This document shows, one piece after another, positions 55,721 to 64,000 of a DNA stretch of 64,000 nucleotides. Location: the IMG/VR virus record IMGVR_UViG_3300020204_004241, positions 4,709 through 68,708 of that record; one strand, 5' to 3'. This stretch comes from a virus. The position numbers and the translations under genes were made by a program. The notes beneath the pieces were generated by a model, which was not told where the DNA came from, did not search any database, and was given only the letters and a program-made list of their open reading frames with translations. Positions within the stretch are counted from its first letter, which is position 1, and every line of letters starts with the position of its first letter.

Positions 55721-57169
55721 ATGGCCTCACCAGACTTCCGAGAGTACGTAGACCTAACCATCTACGACAAGCAGCCCGGCGACCTGTACACAGAGGCCGT
55801 CGACTATGCATCCACGGCGCTCCCTGAGTTTTCTCCTCGTACCGGAACAGTGGAAGATGCCCTCCTGCAGGCAACGTCCTATGTTGGTGGGCAACTCATT
55901 GCAGCCATCAACCGACTCCCCGATGGCCTGATGGACGGGATCATGGGCCTTTTTGGCCTAGTTCGCAAAGAGGCTTCGTTCGCCACCGGCACAGTAATTT
56001 TCACTGCTGTCGACAATGCCGGCGCAAATATCCCATCCGGAACTCAGGTTGGCCACATCGAGACCACAACATCTGGAACGATTCTTCATGTGTTCGAAAC
56101 GATTGAACCAGGAACCATCACTGCTGGCAGCACCATCTCAAGCCAAATTGATATTCGAGCAGTAAGCACCGGCACCGTGCCATCCCTGGTTGTTGATGAT
56201 CCCCTTATTATCTTAACACAGACAAATCGCCTACTGTCCGCGAAGATTGGGGCTGACGTTACTCAGGGACTTTCCGCCGAGAGCGATGCGGAATACTTCA
56301 CCCGTGGAGCCACATTCCTTTCTGGACTAACTCAGGGCCTCGTAACCGCTACGCAGATCAAGAACAGAGTCCTGTCGTTGCTTGCTGGAACAAGCACCCC
56401 GGACACAGACTTCACCGCGGTGACCACCTCGACTGGCTGGCGGTGCAATGTGTATGACTTGACTGATCTCAGCACCATTGAGCCGACCGGCAACTTTGTC
56501 CGGTCCAGCGGAACTGTAACTGTAACCGTGCCAAGTGGTCATGGTATTGGCGTCAATGACGAGATTCAGGTATTCACTCCCGGCGCGGGCTCGGCATTTG
56601 ATGGCTATTTCAGTGTAACTGCATCGAACGCCACCAACATTTCTTGGGCTTCGGCCGGGACCAATGCTTCTGCTACGGCCGAGAACTCGTTCATTTACCA
56701 TCTTGACGGGATGGACACAGCCGCCGCCGATGCTCAAGGAAATGCTACCATTGTCATTTGTGACGAACATGGCGACTCGCTCACTACGGCTGACAGCACC
56801 GTAATCGTTAATGATGTATCAGACAGGACAATCGCCGGCCTGACAATTAACTACATGCCAGCCATGGTTGTGAACATCTCATGCTCCATCGACATTGTGG
56901 TGAAAGCCGGCTATTCAAGTTTTGAAGTTCTCGACGCCGTTGAGGAATACATTGATAGTGTTGTGTCTCCGGCGAACTGGGATTGGGCTAGCGAGGTTAA
57001 GGCAAACCTGATTATTGCCCGCGTAGCCCAGGTGGAGGGCGTCGACTACGTCGATTCGGTCACGTTTGATTCACCAACATCCGCTATTGCTAGCCTTTCT
57101 GGTGGCGACATTGTTTTCCCCTACAAGGGCACCCTGCCGCTCCTAACAGCCACCGTTGGTGAGGCCTAA
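55721..57169 (+). CDS. Baseplate J-like wedge protein
   Basis: A.GTV.FT, IPSGT, G..AESDAEY..R, V.GVDYV. Confidence 0.85.
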   Translation: MASPDFREYVDLTIYDKQPGDLYTEAVDYASTALPEFSPRTGTVEDALLQATSYVGGQLIAAINRLPDGLMDGIMGLFGLVRKEASFATGTVIFTAVDNAGANIPSGTQVGHIETTTSGTILHVFETIEPGTITAGSTISSQIDIRAVSTGTVPSLVVDDPLIILTQTNRLLSAKIGADVTQGLSAESDAEYFTRGATFLSGLTQGLVTATQIKNRVLSLLAGTSTPDTDFTAVTTSTGWRCNVYDLTDLSTIEPTGNFVRSSGTVTVTVPSGHGIGVNDEIQVFTPGAGSAFDGYFSVTASNATNISWASAGTNASATAENSFIYHLDGMDTAAADAQGNATIVICDEHGDSLTTADSTVIVNDVSDRTIAGLTINYMPAMVVNISCSIDIVVKAGYSSFEVLDAVEEYIDSVVSPANWDWASEVKANLIIARVAQVEGVDYVDSVTFDSPTSAIASLSGGDIVFPYKGTLPLLTATVGEA

Positions 57170-57172
57170 AGT

Positions 57173-58825
57173 ATGGCCGTCACCACCAATGTCCTGAGCG
57201 GTAGCAACGCAACCTTTATGGTTGGCGGCGTATCTGGTGGTCTTTCTGCCGGCGATTGGTCCGCCACCACTGGCACGATCACGCCATCAATGGCTTATGT
57301 TCGAAATTATGAATATGATTCGCTGTTCGTGCAGCCAAGCGCTAACTCATTTGAGTTTGAACTTGCTGATGTAGAAGTTCCTGGCGATAGTTTCGAGTAC
57401 GAATTCCACGCATGGGTGTTGGTGCCTGGGACATCTCCAGTGGGCGGGGAGACAAGCATTCAGATTGATGTCGGAATTGAATCAGCAGTAAATGTTGACA
57501 TGACTCCAACTGCCATGTCGCGCCTTAACGGCGTTGTCACTGCGACAGTCGACACTTCCAATATCCGCGCGGATGAATACATCACAGTTACGGGTTGCTC
57601 AGCAAGTTTTAACGGCTCGTTTAGAATTACCCGTGTTTTCCAAAACACCATTTCTTGGGCCGACAGTGGCGCAGATGAAACAAGCGCAACGCTTGGCAGT
57701 ATTTCTGTTTATGCGCCGGACAAAACAAATCGAGCCAGCATTACGGCTGACCCCAAAAACTGGACGCTGATTCGCTCAAACCGTCTTTTCTTGCGAAACG
57801 ATGGTTTGTCTAAATCATTGACGATAACCATCTCAGGCACTGGGGCGAACTTCTCTTTTTACATGACTCGACCTACCCTGGTTGCTAGCAATGCCTGGCT
57901 GAATAATCGCTTTGTACTTCGGACGATGAACGTGTTGCCCGAGTACATTCTTGACGCTGACGAAAAGGCTGTCGAGCCAGGGGAATTACCTGACTACCCG
58001 TTTGCCCGGTACATGGATGTCGCCCTGTCGGGACACAACGACGTTCTTGCTGACTTCTTCCAGTTCGCGTACACAGATACCGAAGATGGCAAAGACCCTG
58101 CAGATGAAGAAACACTCAGTCAACTTGTCGATCCAACTGCAGTCAGGACTGGGTATTTCCCATGGCTGCTTTCAATTACCGGAAATGACTTTTCGAACCC
58201 AGGCCTAACATCGACCCCATGGGGTAATTTGCCATCTAGTTGGCTCTCCTTGATGACGACGATTGATGCTGCCTCAACTACGGCATCCCCATCCGACCTT
58301 ACTCGTGCTTCGGGAACAGTTACGGCAACGGTCACTTCGTCAACTGGATTCGCCACAAATGACTATGTCGTGGTGTCTGGGGCGACGCCATCTTCCTTCA
58401 ACGGCACATTCAGGGTAACAGGAACTAGCGGCACAACGATTACCTGGAATCAGGCTGGCAGCAATGAGTCGACAACGGTTGACGGCCTGATAACACTCGT
58501 CGATACTGAGTGGGGCGAAATCGTCGACTACGCGCCAGACCTCCTGGGGCTAATCGCCTATCTTCGGTGGATTGCTCAATACGGTGCATTCGGGAACTGG
58601 GCTGGCACCAAGCGCGGGCTCGACGATGCCATCCAGCAAAACCTCATTAATGACAAGGTATTTAGCCTTACCTATGCGTACGGCGGCGATCCATGGGCTA
58701 TTCGCATTAGTAGTGATACGGCAGACACCCAGGGGGGAGTTATTGGTAATTCTAACCAAGGGCTACTAGATGCTGTAGAATTGTCTCGGCCCTGTGGTTT
58801 TGTCCTTAGCCACATCTGCACATAG
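57173..58825 (+). CDS. Baseplate wedge/tail protein (gpI-like C-terminus) with inserted beta domains
   Basis: LPEY, PWL...G, GTK.GL, RPCG..L. Confidence 0.65.
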   Translation: MAVTTNVLSGSNATFMVGGVSGGLSAGDWSATTGTITPSMAYVRNYEYDSLFVQPSANSFEFELADVEVPGDSFEYEFHAWVLVPGTSPVGGETSIQIDVGIESAVNVDMTPTAMSRLNGVVTATVDTSNIRADEYITVTGCSASFNGSFRITRVFQNTISWADSGADETSATLGSISVYAPDKTNRASITADPKNWTLIRSNRLFLRNDGLSKSLTITISGTGANFSFYMTRPTLVASNAWLNNRFVLRTMNVLPEYILDADEKAVEPGELPDYPFARYMDVALSGHNDVLADFFQFAYTDTEDGKDPADEETLSQLVDPTAVRTGYFPWLLSITGNDFSNPGLTSTPWGNLPSSWLSLMTTIDAASTTASPSDLTRASGTVTATVTSSTGFATNDYVVVSGATPSSFNGTFRVTGTSGTTITWNQAGSNESTTVDGLITLVDTEWGEIVDYAPDLLGLIAYLRWIAQYGAFGNWAGTKRGLDDAIQQNLINDKVFSLTYAYGGDPWAIRISSDTADTQGGVIGNSNQGLLDAVELSRPCGFVLSHICT

Positions 58826-58837
58826 TAGGAACCAATA

Positions 58838-60133
58838 ATGGCTATTACAACCACAACTAGATTTGGTATCTACCGGTGGAGTTCGGATGCTGATGCATTC
58901 ACTCGAACCCAGATGGACACCAGCCATGAGTACATCGAGGAGTACGCAGGCAAAATGATCCGCGGCGCTGGTGCGCCATCAGCAGTTGGTGCTGAGTACA
59001 AAAACACCATTTACCTCAACACGACCAATAACAAACTGTATTACTACTCCGCAACGGACGGTTCTGGCTCGTGGCAAATCCTTGAGACGGCAGTTGTTCA
59101 GAACTCACTAGCCGACGCCAAGGGCGACATGATTGTCGCAAGCGCCAATGACACCTGGGCAAAACTCAGCGTTGGAACCCAGGGCACAATCCTTACAGTT
59201 GGCGCTTCGGCCACCGTTGGGTGGGCGACCCCCGCTATTCAAACTCCCGCTGGAACCATCAGCGCAACGATCGCTGCATCTGCACCATCAGGCTGGCTAT
59301 TCCTTGAGGGTCAGGCAATCGCCAATGCCGAGGCAAGTTACCCCGGCCTGTGGGCCGTTGCTCCGTCTGCCTGGAAGGTATCGACAACCTTAAACCTTCC
59401 GGACTGGCGCGGCTACTACATGGCCTCCTACAAGGCGGCCAGCCCTCTGTTTGGAACCCTGGGAGGCACCGTTGCTGGTGGCACAACGATCGGCTCTGCC
59501 AATCTTCCCACCCACACACATGCGATTGACCACTCGCACAGTGCTGGAACCACAGTTGCTGGGGATGTATCGCACACTCACACGATCAACCATGGCCACA
59601 GCCAGGGAACCACCAGCAATAACAGCGTGTCGCACACTCACACGATCAACCATGGCCACACCGTAAATAGCAACAGCGGACTTAGTGTTAGCGCTGGTTT
59701 TCACGCCCACAAGATTTTCCAGGGTGACGCTATTGACGGGTTGGGATTTGTCCGTCGTCTTACGAATTATTCCTCGCAGTATGTCGTCCCATTTGACAAT
59801 GACAACAATGGCATTGGGGACGGAATCTTTACCAATCATACGGGTATGGCTGTCGACTTCGTGACCGACACATCGCTACATCACGGCCACCAGCATTCAG
59901 TTACGATCGATTCTCACTCCGGATCAAGCGGAAACAACAGCGCTGCCCACACTCACACCATCGATGTGCCGGCAGGGGGCGGAAACAGCGGAGCAATGTC
60001 CGCTAACTCCAACACCCACACTCACTCTTTCACCACCCCAGCATTCACCGGAACTTCTGGTAATGGTGGATTTGCCAATAACCCATACGTCATGCCGGCC
60101 GGCGTTATCAACTGGATAATCAAGGCACACTAA
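58838..60133 (+). CDS. Tail fibre with collar domain and HxH metal-binding repeats
   Basis: PAGTI....APSGWL...G...YP.L...LPD.RG; repeated HTH/HSH; terminal NWIIKAH. Confidence 0.85.
   Translation: MAITTTTRFGIYRWSSDADAFTRTQMDTSHEYIEEYAGKMIRGAGAPSAVGAEYKNTIYLNTTNNKLYYYSATDGSGSWQILETAVVQNSLADAKGDMIVASANDTWAKLSVGTQGTILTVGASATVGWATPAIQTPAGTISATIAASAPSGWLFLEGQAIANAEASYPGLWAVAPSAWKVSTTLNLPDWRGYYMASYKAASPLFGTLGGTVAGGTTIGSANLPTHTHAIDHSHSAGTTVAGDVSHTHTINHGHSQGTTSNNSVSHTHTINHGHTVNSNSGLSVSAGFHAHKIFQGDAIDGLGFVRRLTNYSSQYVVPFDNDNNGIGDGIFTNHTGMAVDFVTDTSLHHGHQHSVTIDSHSGSSGNNSAAHTHTIDVPAGGGNSGAMSANSNTHTHSFTTPAFTGTSGNGGFANNPYVMPAGVINWIIKAH
59570..59660 (+). repeat. 31-bp perfect direct repeat, 60-nt period
   Basis: TCGCACACTCACACGATCAACCATGGCCACA at 59570-59600 and 59630-59660. 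Confidence 0.9.
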
Positions 60134-60141
60134 GGACCGAT

Positions 60142-60462
60142 ATGGGAGCGGAAATTGTTTACGCAACACTTGCATCGGTTGTTGCAGCAGTTTTGTCCGC
60201 CTTCGTCGCCCTTCGATCCAAGCGCTCGGATGTTGTGATGGCCGCCTCAGCAAATAACTCAATGGAAATCCAGCATATTTTTGATGGCTATGCCAGGATT
60301 GTTGAAGACCTCCAGCACGAGGTTTCGCGGTTGCAGGCCGAATTAGAAATTGTCCGCGCGGAACAGAAGGAATGCGACCACCATCGCTTTATGCTGGCTG
60401 ACGAGGTTGTTGAACTGAAGCGGCGCATTGTGCTGCTGGAGGGTGGCATCGATGAGCAGTGA
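60142..60462 (+). CDS. Membrane-anchored coiled-coil protein
   Basis: N-terminal TM helix followed by coiled coil. Confidence 0.65.
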   Translation: MGAEIVYATLASVVAAVLSAFVALRSKRSDVVMAASANNSMEIQHIFDGYARIVEDLQHEVSRLQAELEIVRAEQKECDHHRFMLADEVVELKRRIVLLEGGIDEQ

Positions 60463-60679
60463 GTACGAGCAGTTTGAGGAATTAATCAAGCAAATTATTC
60501 CGGATAAATTGATTACGAATTTCATCCTGATTGCTGAAATAGTTGATGGGGAAGACGAAGAACTGTCTGTTAATGTCAGCAATGGCATGACCCCATGGCT
60601 TGCCCTCGGCATGGTGCGCTACGCAGAAGCCATGATCCGTAGCAGAGAAAACGAATTGTCAGACGAAGAGGATGACTGA
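60452..60679 (+). CDS. Small acidic hypothetical protein
   Basis: ATG 60452; TPW.ALGM motif. Confidence 0.65.
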   Translation: MSSEYEQFEELIKQIIPDKLITNFILIAEIVDGEDEELSVNVSNGMTPWLALGMVRYAEAMIRSRENELSDEEDD

Positions 60680-60992
60680 AATGAAGAGCAAGCAGATTGT
60701 TGATCAGGTCACCAAGGGTGGCGTTGTTGGCTTGGGTGCGTGGATCGCCCTCGAAGCCGGCGTCGACCAGGGGCTTGTTGCCGTATTGATCCCCGTCGCC
60801 ACTGCCGTGTTGGCATGGGCGTCGTCCAAGTTTGGCGACAAGGCGATTGCATCCTTCTTCGGCTCGGCGCCGGTTAAGGAAGTAATCCGCGAGGTAGTCA
60901 AGGTCATCGAGAAGCAGGTGCCCGCGTCGGAAGACGAGACTCCTGCCAAGAAGGCTCCCGCCAAGCGCGGACGCCCCAAGAAGACCTCCTAA
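60672..60992 (+). CDS. Holin-like membrane protein with basic C-terminal tail
   Basis: Two TM segments; tail PAKKAPAKRGRPKK. Confidence 0.6.
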   Translation: MTEMKSKQIVDQVTKGGVVGLGAWIALEAGVDQGLVAVLIPVATAVLAWASSKFGDKAIASFFGSAPVKEVIREVVKVIEKQVPASEDETPAKKAPAKRGRPKKTS

Positions 60993-61008
60993 GTTCCCGC
61001 TACCTTGG

Positions 61009-61047
61009 GCGGTAAGAGCCAGGCGAAAGCCTGGCTTTTGCCGCTTT
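61009..61047 (+). terminator. Intrinsic terminator
   Basis: GCGGTAAGAGCCAGGC-GAAA-GCCTGGCTTTTGCCGC then TTT. Confidence 0.8.
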
Positions 61048-61101
61048 GGCCTACGGCTCTATCCCTGCGCTGTACAATATGCTGGGCGAATGGAGACCTA
61101 A

Positions 61102-61449
61102 GTGATTGCTGGCGTACATAATTTCACCATCGACCAGGGCGCGACGTGGAACCGCACAGTCGAATTTCAAAATCCTGACGAAACTCCATACAACCTGACG
61201 GGCTATACCGCCCGCATGCAGATTCGCCGTGAGACAACTTCATCGACCGTCCTGATGTCTCTGACCACGGAGAACGGTCGGATCACACTTGGCGGAGCCC
61301 TGGGGACAATCGCCCTGAGTTTGACAGACGAGTTGACCGCCACGATTCCCTACGATGGCGTTTATGACCTTGAAATTGTTTCAGGGTCGGGCGAAGTTTA
61401 TCGAGTCATCAAGGGCACTATCCGACTAAACCCGGAGGTCACCCGGTGA
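61102..61449 (+). CDS. Virion structural beta-sandwich protein
   Basis: IDQGATW...NLTGYTARMQIR...YDLEI...G.I...PEVT, common before phage fibre genes. Confidence 0.75.
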   Translation: MIAGVHNFTIDQGATWNRTVEFQNPDETPYNLTGYTARMQIRRETTSSTVLMSLTTENGRITLGGALGTIALSLTDELTATIPYDGVYDLEIVSGSGEVYRVIKGTIRLNPEVTR

Positions 61450-61928
61450 CAGACACCAATATTGTTGTTGTCAGCGCCGAGGAACCGAACCGAGTTCTCG
61501 TCCCGATCGAGGACCCGAACACGGTCATTGTTACCGAAACATTCAACAGGGTTGTTGTATCGGCTGCCGGCGCTCAGGGCGTTCAGGGGTATTCGCTTAT
61601 TTCCGGGGAGGGGGCTCCAGGGGCGGGCGATGGCTCGGTCAATGATATTTACGTAGATATTGATACAGGTTCTTTCTATGGACCCAAGACCGAGGCTGGC
61701 TGGCCGGCTTCCCCGTTCTACACGCCCGGGCAAACTGTTCGCCACATCCATACCCAGGCCGCCGTTTCAGCAACGTGGACAATTAACCACGCCTTGGGCG
61801 GATACCCCAGCGTAACCGTCGTCGATACTGCATCTACGGTTGTTCATGGTGAAGTATCATATATAAGCACAACGCAGGTACAAGTCGATTTTTCGGCACC
61901 TTTTTCCGGGTTTGCTTACCTCACGTAA
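61446..61928 (+). CDS. Tail fibre-associated protein
   Basis: G.GAP...D.Y.D....YGPK...W; W.INHALG.YPSV.V.D. Confidence 0.7.
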   Translation: MTDTNIVVVSAEEPNRVLVPIEDPNTVIVTETFNRVVVSAAGAQGVQGYSLISGEGAPGAGDGSVNDIYVDIDTGSFYGPKTEAGWPASPFYTPGQTVRHIHTQAAVSATWTINHALGGYPSVTVVDTASTVVHGEVSYISTTQVQVDFSAPFSGFAYLT

Positions 61929-61940
61929 GGGACAAGATCA

Positions 61941-63221
61941 ATGGCACAGAGATTTCTAACAAATGTTGATCTGACGCAGAACCAGATCATCAATGCCAAA
62001 TTTGAGGTTGTGGGGTCTGACCCTGGCAGCAACAACTTCGAAGGTCGGATGATCTATAACAGTACCGAGGACGTCATCAAGGTCTACTCGGGCTCAGCCT
62101 GGCGTAAGATGATCCATGCGGTCTCGTCGAGCACCACTGCCCTTGTGTCTTCTGAATCCAATGGAACTGTCAGCCTTTCCATTGCCGACGTAGTTGCTGG
62201 TGCCGCGCACGGTTTAATGACCGGCGCCGATAAGTCCAAGTTGGACAACGCTACTTCCAGCAACACCAACTTGACACTGGCTCTTCGTGACGCAAGCGGT
62301 CGGCTCCAGGTTTCTGCTCCATCTGCAGACCTCGACGCCGCGAACAAGGCTTACGTCGACGCTGCCCGCTCTGGTCTTGACGTTAAGCAGTCTGTGCGCG
62401 TCGCCACTACTGCCCCCCAGACGCTTGCTTCTGACTTTGAAAACGGCGACGTTATTGATGGCGTCACGCTTGTCACTGGTGACCGTATCCTTATCAAAAA
62501 TCAGTCAACTGGAAGCGAAAACGGAATTTACGTTGTTGCTGTCAGTGGCGCACCGACGCGCGCGACAGATGCCGATTCCAATACCGAAGTCACTTCCGGC
62601 ATGTTTACCTTCGTTGAGGAGGGTACGGTAAACGCCGATTCCGGCTTTGTTCTGACGACCAATAGTCCAATTACCCTGGATAGCACGGCACTTACTTTCG
62701 TACAGTTCTCGGGCGCGGGTCAAATTACCGCTGGCGACGGTCTTACAAAGACCGGCAACACGCTCGACGTCGGCGGCACCGCCAACCGCATCACGGTCAA
62801 CGCAGACACGGTAGACATCGCGTCGACCTATGTCGGTCAGAGCAGCATCACTACGCTCGGAACGATCACTACAGGTGTCTGGAACGGCACCGATGTCGCC
62901 GTGGCCGACGGCGGTACCGGCGCCTCGACCGCATCCGATGCTCGGGCAAACCTGGCAGCAACCGCAGGTCATGCTCTAGACGCTGAACCAGTCTTGGCTC
63001 GCGTGGGCCACAAGGTGATTGGGGATGGCTCAAATACATCCTTTACAATTACGCACAACTTCGGCACTCGTGATGTCATCGTTCAGGTATACGACGTCAA
63101 TGCGTCGCCCACTTACGAAACAGTACATGTTGATGTGGTCCGCACAAATACCAACACAGTTACTGTGAGTTTTGCATCCGCGCCAGCAAATAACTCGTAT
63201 AGAGTCGTAATCACTGGCTAA
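61941..63221 (+). CDS. Tail fibre protein
   Basis: DAANKAYVD, K.SVRVATT, GDRIL.KNQ....NGIY, GGTGA, THNFGT.DV.VQ. Confidence 0.8.
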   Translation: MAQRFLTNVDLTQNQIINAKFEVVGSDPGSNNFEGRMIYNSTEDVIKVYSGSAWRKMIHAVSSSTTALVSSESNGTVSLSIADVVAGAAHGLMTGADKSKLDNATSSNTNLTLALRDASGRLQVSAPSADLDAANKAYVDAARSGLDVKQSVRVATTAPQTLASDFENGDVIDGVTLVTGDRILIKNQSTGSENGIYVVAVSGAPTRATDADSNTEVTSGMFTFVEEGTVNADSGFVLTTNSPITLDSTALTFVQFSGAGQITAGDGLTKTGNTLDVGGTANRITVNADTVDIASTYVGQSSITTLGTITTGVWNGTDVAVADGGTGASTASDARANLAATAGHALDAEPVLARVGHKVIGDGSNTSFTITHNFGTRDVIVQVYDVNASPTYETVHVDVVRTNTNTVTVSFASAPANNSYRVVITG

Positions 63222-63263
63222 CACAAGACCTTGCGGGGTCCCATACTTTGAGTTGAGGCTCAA

Positions 63264-64000
63264 TTGGCTAATAAGTTTTTCTCATCTATTAAAGCGCGGT
63301 TTTTCACAACCGTCGCTGATACTGCCGTCGATGTCGGCGTAAAAGATGATGCCAATGCACGCCTCGCCATTGATGCTGGCGGCAAGATTTCCTGGGGCGA
63401 TGGCACCAACTCGGCGGACACCAACCTGTATCGTGATTCGTCCAACACACTAAAGACCGACGACACATTTAAAGCGCCGGCAGTTTTTATCGACGGCATT
63501 GAGGTCGACACCACGGGCGCATCCAGCAATCAGGCGCTCGTCTTTAATGGCACTAAGTTTGCGCCGGCAACAGCCGCAGGCCCCCAGGGAGCACAAGGTT
63601 CGCAAGGTGCACAGGGGGCGACTGGATCACAGGGCGCTACGGGCTCACAAGGACCACAAGGAGACGTAGGACCACAGGGGGCAACTGGTGCACAAGGGGC
63701 CATCGGAGCGCAGGGTGCTACCGGCGCCGCAGGCGCGACCGGTCCTCAGGGCGATGTGGGTGCTACGGGCGCTCAGGGCCCTCAGGGAGCCACCGGAGCA
63801 CAGGGTGCCACCGGAGCACAGGGAGCAACAGGGCCACAAGGCTCAACTGGTGCCACTGGTGCTCAAGGACCGCAAGGGGCAACTGGACCACAAGGAGACG
63901 TAGGACCACAGGGGGCAACTGGTCCCCAGGGTCCTCAGGGGGCACAGGGAGCAACCGGTCCTCAGGGCGCACAGGGTGCTCAGGGTCCTCAGGGCTCTCA
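63264..64000 (+). CDS. Collagen-like tail fibre protein, 3'-truncated
   Basis: TTG start after GAGG; open frame [12 protein letters not shown]...; continuous Gly-X-Y (GPQ/GAQ/GAT) from 63579 to the window end. Confidence 0.88.
   Translation, partial: MANKFFSSIKARFFTTVADTAVDVGVKDDANARLAIDAGGKISWGDGTNSADTNLYRDSSNTLKTDDTFKAPAVFIDGIEVDTTGASSNQALVFNGTKFAPATAAGPQGAQGSQGAQGATGSQGATGSQGPQGDVGPQGATGAQGAIGAQGATGAAGATGPQGDVGATGAQGPQGATGAQGATGAQGATGPQGSTGATGAQGPQGATGPQGDVGPQGATGPQGPQGAQGATGPQGAQGAQGPQGS
63579..64000 (+). repeat. Collagen Gly-X-Y coding repeat
   Basis: 9-nt periodicity; exact 39-bp copies at 63651-63689 and 63885-63923. Confidence 0.92.

Noticed and set aside
46016-58825. Contractile injection system or tailocin
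   Set aside because: Capsid, portal, protease and terminase are present, so this is a phage tail
59570-59660. DGR template/variable repeat pair
   Set aside because: Short, adjacent and identical, with no adenine-specific mismatches and no reverse transcriptase in the window
1-64000. Stop-codon reassignment
   Set aside because: Core genes are intact under the standard code and TAA, TAG and TGA all terminate genes

Overview
A 64-kb segment of a large tailed dsDNA phage with a contractile tail (myovirus-like). Repeated leaderless-type promoters suggest, but do not prove, an actinobacterial host. It contains nucleotide-metabolism genes (thyX, MazG-like, class II RNR), an HK97-type head module on the minus strand (portal-MuF fusion, extended prohead protease, major capsid), a divergent terminase, a Rad52/Sak plus exonuclease pair, and neck, sheath, tube, chaperone (-1 frameshift), tape measure, baseplate and fibre genes. 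The unusual part is about 17.5 kb of large multidomain ORFs (580, 694, 2603, 1566 aa) between the protease and capsid genes, plus two related ~1000-aa ORFs at 2.3-9.4 kb. These carry GNAT, ART-like, zincin, pseudokinase and glycosylase-like domains. They share short motifs, many have Lys-|-Ala/Ser/Gly motifs at module boundaries, several are followed by small partner ORFs, and one lies next to a phage HDAC-family deacetylase. Together this suggests a capsid-packaged, protease-processed effector arsenal with an acetylation writer/eraser pair. Family names come from motif recognition by eye and need HMM or structure confirmation.
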